Source: a candidate division WOR-3 bacterium
Lineage (GTDB): Bacteria; Hydrothermota; Tepidihabitantia; Tepidihabitantales; JAOUPE01
Assembly: GCA_039801565.1 (NCBI GenBank)
Contig: JBDRUX010000080.1
Coordinates: forward strand, 1-10,767
Direction: 5' to 3'
DNA length: 10,767 nucleotides
The translations under genes were made by a program, and so were the position numbers. A model generated the notes under the pieces. The model had not been told where the DNA came from and ran no database searches. It worked only from the letters and a program-made list of their open reading frames with translations. Shown here piece by piece: positions 1 through 8,265 of this stretch (positions within the stretch are counted from its first letter, which is position 1; each line of letters opens with the position of its first letter).

Positions 1-1
1 C

Positions 2-1906
2 CTTTTAGAATGGTTAATCGCAAAGCATCCTGAATTTATTGAAAGTCTTAAGGAATTGGTAAAAAGAAACCAAGTAGAAATTTTAACTTCCGGTTTTTAT
101 GAACCGATTCTAACCTTTATTCCCGAACCGGATCGTATTGACCAAATTAAATTTTACTCGGATTATTTAACTAAATTATTTGATATTGAACCAAAGGGCC
201 TTTGGTTAACCGAACGGGTTTGGGAGCAGAATTTAGTAAAATCTTTAGTCAAGGCCGGCGTTAAGTATACTGTCCTTGATGATACCCATTTTAAGTATTC
301 GGGTTTGACCGAAGATGAACTTTATGGTTATTACATAACCGAAGATGAGGGGCTAACCTTATCGGTTTTCCCCAGTAGTAAAGAATTAAGATATCTTGTC
401 CCTTTTCAACCGGTTGCCAAAACAATTCAATTCTTGAAAGATAATATGGCGAAAGGGCAAAATCGTCTTCAGCTCTTATTTGACGACGGTGAAAAATTTG
501 GCGTGTGGCCCGGAACTTATCTTCATTGCTATGAGAAAGGTTGGCTAAAGGAATTTCTCCAAACCCTTGCTGAAACCGACTTCGCTCAAACTATTTTGTT
601 AAGTGAGTATCTTGAATCGAATCCGAATTGGGGACGAATTTATCTGGATAATTCATCGTACGAAGAGATGGGCGAGTGGGTACTATCGGCAAAAGCCTTT
701 ACCCGCTACGAAAAGACGAAAGGAAAACTCGGTTCTAACTACTACCCTTTGCGAACTGGTTTTTTCCGGAATTTTTTGGTCAAGTACCCAGAAGCCAATC
801 GGTTGCACAAACGGATGCTTTATATTTCTAAAAAAATTGCCCAACAGTCCGCAAACCATGGTCCACATTCTGCATTTGGGCAAGCAAAAATTGAACTTTT
901 TAAAGGTCAATGTAACGATGCCTATTGGCATGGTATTTTTGGTGGCCTATATCTTCCTCATTTAAGACAAGAGGTCTACCGTCATTTACTCAAGGCTGAT
1001 TTGTTAGTTGATGTTAACCCTCAAGCTGCCCAAGTAACCGATTACGATGCTTGTGGTCAGGATGAAGTTGTCTTTGACACTTCCAAGATATTTTTCGTTG
1101 TTGCCCCCAATCGCGGTGGTTCAATTCTTTGTTTAGATTTGAAACAATACGGAATAAATCTATTTGATATTATTGGTCGCCATCAAGAGAGTTATCACCA
1201 AAAAATTTTAACTCCCCCTGCCGATACAGCGACCAATCAAAAGTCTAATGAATCAGTTAGAACAATTCATTCCGAACTGAAATTGAAGGATGAAAATGTT
1301 AAATCCTATCTCATTTATGACAATTATGACCGACTGTCATTCCTTGACCATTTCTTAAGCGAAAAAACCACAGTCAACGATTTCTATTATAGTCGAGTAA
1401 AAGAAATCTACGATGTTATGTTTCGACCCAGAGTTTATCAATATAATGACCATAAAATAATAATGCATCTGACAGATTTTGCAACCCCCCAATCCGCATT
1501 GATAAAATCTATTGAATTTAATAATGATATGTCAGCGAATGCTATTATGTTTACTTACGCTCTTCGCCAAATTCCAACGGGTTCTGTAGGAATACGTTTT
1601 GGAGTTGAGTTTGGCTTCTGTCCACTGCGGACGTTAATGATTAACGATAAAAAAATCGAAACTAAAGAAATTGGCGAAGCGACTAACCTTAGAGACTGTA
1701 TCCTTGAAGTTTTTGCTTCGAATTTAAAGATTACATTAAGTGCCCTTGATTCAAATTTCGACCTTTGGTATTTTCCAATTTACGCTATCTCATCTTCAGA
1801 AAGTGGTTTAGAGCGGATTTATCAAGGGACGGTCTTGGTTTTATCTTGGTTACTATTCCAACCCGATGCTAATTTTCAATTGGAATTAAAATGGCAAATC
1901 GAATAA
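2..1906 (+). CDS. GH57 family alpha-amylase / 4-alpha-glucanotransferase (DUF1925/DUF1926-type C-terminal domains), 5'-partial
   Basis: The frame is open from base 2 (LLEWLIAKHPEFIESLKELVKRNQ), so the TTG at 56 is not the true start. GH57 motifs are present: GFYEPIL, GLWLTERVW (nucleophile Glu), FDDGEKFGVWP (acid/base Asp), SYEEMGEW, NFLVKYPEANRLHKRM, GQCNDAYWHGIFGGLYLPHLR and C-terminal SSSESGLERIYQG. These resemble Thermococcus/Dictyoglomus-type GH57 enzymes. Confidence 0.93.
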   Translation, partial: LLEWLIAKHPEFIESLKELVKRNQVEILTSGFYEPILTFIPEPDRIDQIKFYSDYLTKLFDIEPKGLWLTERVWEQNLVKSLVKAGVKYTVLDDTHFKYSGLTEDELYGYYITEDEGLTLSVFPSSKELRYLVPFQPVAKTIQFLKDNMAKGQNRLQLLFDDGEKFGVWPGTYLHCYEKGWLKEFLQTLAETDFAQTILLSEYLESNPNWGRIYLDNSSYEEMGEWVLSAKAFTRYEKTKGKLGSNYYPLRTGFFRNFLVKYPEANRLHKRMLYISKKIAQQSANHGPHSAFGQAKIELFKGQCNDAYWHGIFGGLYLPHLRQEVYRHLLKADLLVDVNPQAAQVTDYDACGQDEVVFDTSKIFFVVAPNRGGSILCLDLKQYGINLFDIIGRHQESYHQKILTPPADTATNQKSNESVRTIHSELKLKDENVKSYLIYDNYDRLSFLDHFLSEKTTVNDFYYSRVKEIYDVMFRPRVYQYNDHKIIMHLTDFATPQSALIKSIEFNNDMSANAIMFTYALRQIPTGSVGIRFGVEFGFCPLRTLMINDKKIETKEIGEATNLRDCILEVFASNLKITLSALDSNFDLWYFPIYAISSSESGLERIYQGTVLVLSWLLFQPDANFQLELKWQIE

Positions 1907-2029
1907 GAAATTACCTACTTGATTAGGATAATGATATTAAAGATTTCTATCTTTCTTTTGTATCAGTTTTTAAAAAGTTACCATTAGAAAAAAAAGACTT
2001 TACTGCCCTCTACTCAATAAATGAATTAT

Positions 2030-2590
2030 TTAAGCTACTTTGTTCAGGAATCTCACAATCGCAATTTCTACGGAGTTGTATCTTAAAAAATTCCTGACCG
2101 GACTAACATAACGGTGCCTAAATATTACTTCTTTGAGAAAAGTTAATATATTGAGAGAAAACAAATGTCTGCCATTATAACTAAAAGTATCCCCATTCTT
2201 TATTTTCCGTATCTCTCGTAAACAGAAAATCTCATCCAAATCACAATTATTTTCTCAAGGGGTATCGTGTTCAGCGATTCGGGCGGCAAGTGGTTTTTCT
2301 GAAGTGGTCGTCAAAAGTAAGGATTAACTTTAATTTCTTTTCAACGGCTAGTATCCAATAATAAAATTTCATTTGGGTTAATACGCTGGTTTTTTTCGGT
2401 TTCAAATTGTCTTCGGGAACACCTTTTCAGTTTAGTATTTGGGTAGGGAGATGATTTTTAACAAAGATGGTGCGAACGGTATCATATGAAATAGAATGCC
2501 TTTACTCTTTTAAAAGATCAACCAGATAGCAGTAAATGATTGAGTAGGAATTGTTCTTTAATGCTTATAATTTTCTTTTTGATTTCGGTG
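2030..2590 (-). pseudogene. Degraded ISNCY/IS1202- or IS481-like DDE transposase remnant (frameshifts, stops, internal deletion)
   Basis: Hand translation of the - strand across frames gives, in the expected order: EIKKKIISIKEQF; YLVDLLKE*RHSISYDTVRTIFVKNHL (HTH-like, ISYDTVRTIF at 2492..2463); RRQFETEK; SVLTQMKFYYW..LKLILTFDDHFRK (DDH at 2312..2304); PLAARIAEHDTP*ENN; then CDLDEIFCLREIRKIKNGDTFSYNGRHL (ORF 2239..2030), which resembles the C-terminal 'LD-IFC--E-RKV--DNTISY-G' motif of these transposases. Boundaries are approximate and no terminal inverted repeats were identified. Confidence 0.75.
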
Positions 2591-2634
2591 AAAGAGAAGG
2601 AAAAATTTTACTTTGCAGTGGCAAAAATTTATAG

Positions 2635-2662
2635 TTGACTTTTCGATTTAATTTAATTTAAT
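2635..2662 (+). promoter_or_regulatory. Putative sigma70-type promoter of dnaE (TTGACT-N16-TTTAAT)
   Basis: TTGACT at 2635..2640 and TTTAAT at 2657..2662, preceded by an A/T-rich tract. The -35 hexamer and spacing match the promoter-like element upstream of the tRNA. Confidence 0.5.
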
Positions 2663-2666
2663 CAAA

Positions 2667-5600
2667 TTGGTGAGAGAGATAAGATTTGTTCATTTGCATA
2701 ATCATACTGAATATAGTCTTTTGGACGGTGCATGCCGGATTAAGGATTTGGTTAAGCAAGCTAGTTCATTTGCTATGGGAGCGTTAGCAATTACCGACCA
2801 CGGTAATCTTTTCGGTGCGATTGAGTTCTACCGCGCCTGCCAAAATGCCGGCATAAAACCAATCATTGGTGCTGAGGTTTATGTCGCGCCGGGCGACCGG
2901 CGTGATAAAAAAATCCATACCGAAATCCCGGAATCATCTTTTCACCTAACATTACTCTGTAAAGACCTCGAAGGTTACAAAAATTTGATACGATTGGTTT
3001 CACTTGGTTATCTGGAAGGATTTTATTATCGGCCCCGCATTGATAAAAATTTACTGGCCCAATACCATAAAGGTCTAATTGGACTTTCGGGATGTTTGAA
3101 GGGCGAGATCGGTTATTTTCTCCTAAAGGATGATTACGAAAAAGCTAAAAGAGCTGCTCTTGAATATCAATCAATTTTTGGGAAGGATGACTTCTATTTA
3201 GAAGTGACCCGACTGAATTTGAAGGAGAATGACTTGGTAAACCAGGGATTAATTAGAATCAACTCGGAATTGAAAATTCCTTTGGTTGCAACCAATGACT
3301 GCCATTATTTAAAGCCTGAGGACGCCAAAGCCCATGATGTCTTGCTCTGTATTCAAACTGGGAAGAAATTGACTGATAAAGTCCGTTTACGGTTTGAGAG
3401 CAAAGAGGTCTATTTCAAATCGCCCTTGGCGATGGCTGAATTATTTGCGGATTTACCGGAAGCGCTGGCGAATACGGAAACAGTGGCGGAGCGGTGTAAT
3501 CTTTTGTTAGAGAATATTGGTAAGCAGTTTTTTTTGCCGGCATATCCCCGACCCGCTGATTATAAATCAGATTTTGATTATCTTAAGCGGTTGGCAGAGA
3601 AGGGATTGCAACAGCGCTACCATCGCATCACACCAGCCTTGACTGAACGACTCCAATATGAATTGTCAGTAATTGAGAAGATGGGTTTTGCTGGTTATTT
3701 TTTAATCGTGAAGGATATTATTGATTTTGCGCGGAGCAAAAATATTCCAGTTGGTCCGGGGCGTGGTTCAGCGGTTGGTAGTTTAGTACTTTACACCTTG
3801 GGAATTACCGATATTGACCCTTTGCGCTATGGACTACTATTTGAAAGATTTATGACAACGGAGCGGGTTACCTTACCGGACGTTGACATTGATTTTGCTG
3901 ATTCCCGGCGAGATGAGGTAATAAATTACATTCGCACGCGCTATGGTCAGGAAAATGTTGCCCAGATTATTACTTTTGGCACGATGCAGGCACGTGCCTG
4001 TATTCGCGATGTGGGTCGCGTATTGGATATTCCATTGCCTGAAGTCGACCGCATCGCAAAGTTGATTCCCTTCAATATGACACTGGAGGCAGCGCTCAAC
4101 AACACAATGGAGTTAAAAACTATTATCAATAGCCAACCGGAGTATCAAGAACTTTGGGGAATTGCTACGAAATTAGAGGGTTTGGCGCGACATGCCTCAA
4201 TTCATGCCTCCGGTGTGGTTATTGCTCCGAAACCATTAATTGAATTTGTACCACTCTACCGTTCCGCTGAAGGAGATATTTGTACCCAATACGATATGAA
4301 TAGTTTAGATGCGGTTGGTCTTTTAAAGATGGATATATTGGGCTTAAGGACTCTTACCGTAATTGAGAAGACTTTAGAATTGTTAAAAGCCGAAGGCAAC
4401 AATATTGATAAAAAGGCAATTCCGTTGAATTGCCCAAAGACTTATTCTTTACTGCAAAGAGCCGAAACGGTTGGTGTGTTTCAATTGGAAAGTCAAGGGA
4501 TGCGGGATATCTTACGCCAATCGCGTCCTGATAAAATTGAGGATATAATTGCTGTTATTTCGCTTTACCGACCTGGTCCATTGGGCGTGGGCATTAGTGA
4601 ATTTATTAAGCGAAAACGAGGTGAGGCACCTGTTAGTTACCTACATCCTTTGATGCGCGAAGTTTTGGAGGAGACTTATGGTGTTATTGTCTATCAGGAG
4701 CAGGTTATGCAAATCGCCGGTATTATAGCCGGATTTTCCCTGGCAGAGGCGGATAAGTTACGCCGGGCAATGAGCAAAAAAATTCCTGAGGAAATGGAGG
4801 CGCTGCGGACATCATTTATTGAAGGTGCCAAAAGAAATCGTATCAAACCAGAGTTGGCGCAAAAGATCTTCGACCTGATTACTCCATTTGCTGGTTATGG
4901 TTTCAATAAGTCACACTCGGCTGGTTACGCTTATTTGTCCTATCTTACCGCTTATCTCAAAGCTAATTATCCTCTTCATTTTCTTACCGCAGCGTTAACT
5001 TGTGAGATTGGTGACCAGGATAAGATTGGCAAATTTATTGACGAAGCGAAACGAATGAAGATTTCAGTCTTGCCACCCGATATCAATAAAAGTGACTATT
5101 CCTTCACAATTGAAGATAAAAAGATAAGATTTGGCTTGGGTGGTATAAAAAATGTTGGACAGATGGTAGCCGAGGGAATTGTTGAAGAAAGGCGGAAACG
5201 GGGCGAATATGAAAATTTATTTCAGTTCTTGCGGCGGACGCGAAACTTTGCCAATCGCAAGGCTTATGAATCATTAATCAAAGCCGGCGCCCTTGACCTG
5301 TTCCATCCTAACCGTAAATTCCTTTTAGCCGAATTAGACACCCAATTAGCCATTACCAGTTCCGAGCGAATTGCCTTTGCTAACCGTCAGACCTCACTTT
5401 TTGAACCAACTCGCCGCGTTGACCAGGTAAAAGAAAAAACTTCCAGTAACTTCAGCGACGCCGAACTCCTCCAATTTGAACTGGAAGCTTTTGGCTTCCA
5501 TTTCTCTCTGCATCCTTTAGAAGCTTATCGAACCATATATGAAAGTTCAGTCACTTGTGATTCCCAGAGTCTCGATCGAGTCTCTGATAACACAATGGTG

Positions 5601-6149
5601 AAAATTGGCGGGGTGATTGTTGAAAAAAAATTGAAATCTGACAAACGGGGTCAGGAGTATGCTGTGCTTACGCTTAAGGATTTTAACGGAATAGTCGAAG
5701 TTATGGTCTTTAATCAATTATTTCAGACGGCCCGCCCCTTTCTAAAACTTCACGAATGCGTCCTAATTAAAGGCACGGTTCGAACCCGTGATGATGGCAG
5801 CCATCAAGTTTTTGCTGAGAGTGTTAAACTTTTTAGCCAAATCCCGGTTGTCGATCGCCATCTGAAGATTAAAATCCCTGCCCAGAAATTAACTGATGAC
5901 CTGTTACAAAAAATCAAGGAAGAATTAGAAAATCATCCAGGGCAAAGTGAGGTTTATCTTGAGTTAAGTGACAACGATACGCAACCCAAATTGATTAGAC
6001 TTTTAAATCATAAAATCAAAATTACGCAACCGTTGATTAATGGACTTAAGGAGTTATTAGGACCGGCTTCGATAACAATCTTCACACCCTCATTAGCCGA
6101 TAAAAAATCGCTCCGTCAATCAACCATGAAAGTCAATCAAGATGGCTAA
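2667..6149 (+). CDS. dnaE: DNA polymerase III subunit alpha (start TTG 2667 or GTG 2670)
   Basis: 1160 aa. PHP motifs FVHLHNHTEYSLLDG, TDHGNL and TNDCHY; GPGRGSAVGSLV; LLFERF; catalytic PDVDIDF and LLKMDILGL; FQLES; YRPGP; YGFNKSHSAGY; HhH region IRFGLGGIKNVG; clamp-binding QTSLF; C-terminal OB fold. No intein-sized insertion. Confidence 0.98.
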   Translation: MVREIRFVHLHNHTEYSLLDGACRIKDLVKQASSFAMGALAITDHGNLFGAIEFYRACQNAGIKPIIGAEVYVAPGDRRDKKIHTEIPESSFHLTLLCKDLEGYKNLIRLVSLGYLEGFYYRPRIDKNLLAQYHKGLIGLSGCLKGEIGYFLLKDDYEKAKRAALEYQSIFGKDDFYLEVTRLNLKENDLVNQGLIRINSELKIPLVATNDCHYLKPEDAKAHDVLLCIQTGKKLTDKVRLRFESKEVYFKSPLAMAELFADLPEALANTETVAERCNLLLENIGKQFFLPAYPRPADYKSDFDYLKRLAEKGLQQRYHRITPALTERLQYELSVIEKMGFAGYFLIVKDIIDFARSKNIPVGPGRGSAVGSLVLYTLGITDIDPLRYGLLFERFMTTERVTLPDVDIDFADSRRDEVINYIRTRYGQENVAQIITFGTMQARACIRDVGRVLDIPLPEVDRIAKLIPFNMTLEAALNNTMELKTIINSQPEYQELWGIATKLEGLARHASIHASGVVIAPKPLIEFVPLYRSAEGDICTQYDMNSLDAVGLLKMDILGLRTLTVIEKTLELLKAEGNNIDKKAIPLNCPKTYSLLQRAETVGVFQLESQGMRDILRQSRPDKIEDIIAVISLYRPGPLGVGISEFIKRKRGEAPVSYLHPLMREVLEETYGVIVYQEQVMQIAGIIAGFSLAEADKLRRAMSKKIPEEMEALRTSFIEGAKRNRIKPELAQKIFDLITPFAGYGFNKSHSAGYAYLSYLTAYLKANYPLHFLTAALTCEIGDQDKIGKFIDEAKRMKISVLPPDINKSDYSFTIEDKKIRFGLGGIKNVGQMVAEGIVEERRKRGEYENLFQFLRRTRNFANRKAYESLIKAGALDLFHPNRKFLLAELDTQLAITSSERIAFANRQTSLFEPTRRVDQVKEKTSSNFSDAELLQFELEAFGFHFSLHPLEAYRTIYESSVTCDSQSLDRVSDNTMVKIGGVIVEKKLKSDKRGQEYAVLTLKDFNGIVEVMVFNQLFQTARPFLKLHECVLIKGTVRTRDDGSHQVFAESVKLFSQIPVVDRHLKIKIPAQKLTDDLLQKIKEELENHPGQSEVYLELSDNDTQPKLIRLLNHKIKITQPLINGLKELLGPASITIFTPSLADKKSLRQSTMKVNQDG

Positions 6150-6154
6150 AGCTT

Positions 6155-7432
6155 ATGCTGGAAATTTTTTTAAGTTTAATCTTTTTTGTTAATCAAAGTC
6201 GAATTATTATCAATGAAGTGATGGCAAATCCCAAGGGCAGTAGCGGGCCCGGTCTGCCCGAGGACCGGAATGAATTCGTTGAACTTTATAATAATTCCTT
6301 GGATACCATTAATCTTTTGGGTTGGCGAATTACCGATTTCGATGCGACCGATAGTTTAATTGCTTGGACTGATTCAAGTTTACTAAAAAAATATCCCCAA
6401 GTAGTTATTAATAGTACTCAACTGCCACCACAAAAGTACGCTTTAATTCTTGACCCGGAATATACAATGTCAAAACCGCTCGGGGGTTATGCGATGCCTT
6501 ATGATTTTCCTTCGGGTATCTTAATTTTAACGGTTGGCAATACCACAATTGGTAATGAATTACAGAATAATGACCCAATTCTATTGTATTCACCAAATTG
6601 GGCAGAAACGACAAGTTTTGGGACACCATGCGATACCACCGATACTTTCCCATACAGTGCTGGAGACGGCATTGCCTGGAAAAGGATTGCAATTAGCGCT
6701 CCCGACTTCAAGCAAAATTGGCGGCCTGCGATTGACCCGACTGGTTCAACCCCGGGCCGGGAAAACAGTATCCTGTCGTTTCAAGACTTGGCAATTAGTA
6801 ACTTTTATACCTTAGCCGAAACGATTGGAGTGACTTTGGTCATTTCTCTTCTTAATCAAGGATTTCAGGATGCTAAAGATTGGAGTGTCTTAATCTTCAA
6901 TGACCTCAACTATAACCAAAGGTTCGACGCCAATGAGAAGATTGGTTTATTAACAGGCAATTTACTTAAAGCGCAGTTGGATACCACAGTTACTTTCGAC
7001 TGGCTTGACCCACCGCCTGGAAATAATGAGGTTTGGGCAAGAATCGAATATCCATTAGACCAAGACACTACCAATAATCAGAGGTTAACCTATGTTTATA
7101 AATCACCAGCCAAAGAATTATGTCAACTACCGCATAACCGATTTAGTCCGGACCGAGATGGTTTTGAAGACAGTTTATTATTACGCTATGAAGTTCCGGA
7201 GATTGGTGGTAACCTTTTAATTTCGGTTTTTGATTTAAAAGGCAAGGCGGTTGCGACAATTTTAAAAACGAAGTTAAATAAAAAGACTGGTTCAATCGTT
7301 TGGGATGGTAAGACCGACACCGGTAAACCACTTCCTGCTGGTATCTATTTAATTAAATTTGACTATAAACTTGGCAAAGAACATTACGAAGAAAAGAAAT
7401 CGGTAATTTTGGCAAAAAACTTAAAGAGATGA
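6155..7432 (+). CDS. Secreted lamin-tail-domain protein with CARDB-like Ig domain and C-terminal FlgD-Ig / gliding-motility-type sorting domain
   Basis: Hydrophobic N-terminus MLEIFLSLIFFV; LTD motif IIINEVMANP..NEFVELYN..INLLGWRITD ending in STPGRENS; CARDB-like DLAIS..NQG..DQDTTNN; C-terminal FSPDRDGFED..ISVFDLKGKAV..IVWDGKTDTGKPLPAGIYLIK. Starts 5 nt after the dnaE stop. Confidence 0.8.
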   Translation: MLEIFLSLIFFVNQSRIIINEVMANPKGSSGPGLPEDRNEFVELYNNSLDTINLLGWRITDFDATDSLIAWTDSSLLKKYPQVVINSTQLPPQKYALILDPEYTMSKPLGGYAMPYDFPSGILILTVGNTTIGNELQNNDPILLYSPNWAETTSFGTPCDTTDTFPYSAGDGIAWKRIAISAPDFKQNWRPAIDPTGSTPGRENSILSFQDLAISNFYTLAETIGVTLVISLLNQGFQDAKDWSVLIFNDLNYNQRFDANEKIGLLTGNLLKAQLDTTVTFDWLDPPPGNNEVWARIEYPLDQDTTNNQRLTYVYKSPAKELCQLPHNRFSPDRDGFEDSLLLRYEVPEIGGNLLISVFDLKGKAVATILKTKLNKKTGSIVWDGKTDTGKPLPAGIYLIKFDYKLGKEHYEEKKSVILAKNLKR

Positions 7433-7458
7433 AAAACTTAGAAAAGGAGAGAAGTGTT

Positions 7459-8199
7459 ATGTTTTTATTGATAATAATCAACCTGATATTTGGTTATTTG
7501 GCTCTTAACCCAGGTTATGGTCAAGAAAAAGCCACTATTGAAGAAGCAAGTGGCGTTGAGCAAGAAACAACCGAAACGACGGATTCGGTTGGTTTTATTG
7601 GTATCTATATTACCGAGAACGAAACTGGCAGTGGTGTTAAGGTTGATGAGGTGATACCGGATTGCCCAGCGGCTAAGGCAGGGATTAAAAAGGGCGACAT
7701 TATCATTGAAGTAGGGGGTAAGAAAGTTTTGGATGAAGAGTTTTTGTTACAAGAGATTGCTAAGACTAAACCGGGGCAGAAAGTTAATTTTAAAATCAAC
7801 CGCAGGGGAAAAATTATTTCGGTTAGTGTGGAAACAACTATCCGGCCAAAACCAACAAAAGAAAGTCAAACAACTGGTCTCATTGATAAAATCGCCAAGA
7901 CCTTGCGTGGCCATAAAGACTATTTGGGAATTAAAATTTGCGACATCGTAGCTGGATTAGATGAATATTTTGGGGTCGAAGACGGCGTCCTTATCCTTGA
8001 AGTCTTTAAAAATAGTTTAGCCGAAAAAATCGGATTAAGACCCGGGGACGTGATAATCGGTATTGATGACAGTAATATCCCTGATTGCAAAACGCTAAAG
8101 AACACTCTGAGCAGAAAAGAACCTAATGTTCCTATCGCTATTAAGTTAATTCGGCATAAGAAGCCAATGACGGTTAAAGCGCTTCTAACTGAAGATTAA
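7459..8199 (+). CDS. Exported tandem PDZ-domain protein (two HtrA/DegP-type PDZ domains, no protease domain)
   Basis: The ORF track starts at 7429 (ATGA overlap with the previous gene), but SD-like AAGGAG at 7444..7449 favours the in-frame ATG at 7459 (MFLLIIINLIFGYLAL). PDZ1: GFIGIYI..GVKVDEVIPDCPAAKAGIKKGDIIIEVGGKKV. PDZ2: YLGIKI..GVLILEVFKNSLAEKIGLRPGDVIIGID. Confidence 0.85.
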   Translation: MFLLIIINLIFGYLALNPGYGQEKATIEEASGVEQETTETTDSVGFIGIYITENETGSGVKVDEVIPDCPAAKAGIKKGDIIIEVGGKKVLDEEFLLQEIAKTKPGQKVNFKINRRGKIISVSVETTIRPKPTKESQTTGLIDKIAKTLRGHKDYLGIKICDIVAGLDEYFGVEDGVLILEVFKNSLAEKIGLRPGDVIIGIDDSNIPDCKTLKNTLSRKEPNVPIAIKLIRHKKPMTVKALLTED

Positions 8200-8265
8200 G
8201 ACTATAGTGAAACAAAACCAATTCAACTGGCTACCGATTTACTATTGCTTATTCTATTATAATAA

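Noticed and set aside
1939..1960. Terminator after the GH57 gene (AAAGAT-TTCT-ATCTTT-CTTTT)
   Set aside because: The stem is 6 bp and almost entirely A-T; expected by chance in this AT-rich gap.
2044..2097. 8-bp inverted repeat TCAGGAAT/ATTCCTGA as IS terminal repeats
   Set aside because: Too short, and both copies are at the same end of the remnant. No partner was found near 2600.
2101..2128. dif/Xer-like site on the - strand (TTATGTTAGTC resembles a XerD arm), of interest because IS1202-family elements target such sites
   Set aside because: The XerC-side arm (GTAATATTTAG) matches poorly and the site lies inside the transposase remnant's reading frame.
3400..5520. Shift from G-rich (e.g. 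3481..3540: 19 G, 7 C) to C-rich (5281..5340: 10 G, 19 C) sequence within dnaE, as a recombination or chimera signal
   Set aside because: Only two 60-nt lines were counted, and the protein is continuous and collinear with normal DnaE. A sliding-window skew and segmental phylogeny would be needed.
2667..6149. Intein or split in dnaE
   Set aside because: The length is typical, conserved motifs are contiguous, and no intein splice-junction or LAGLIDADG blocks were seen.
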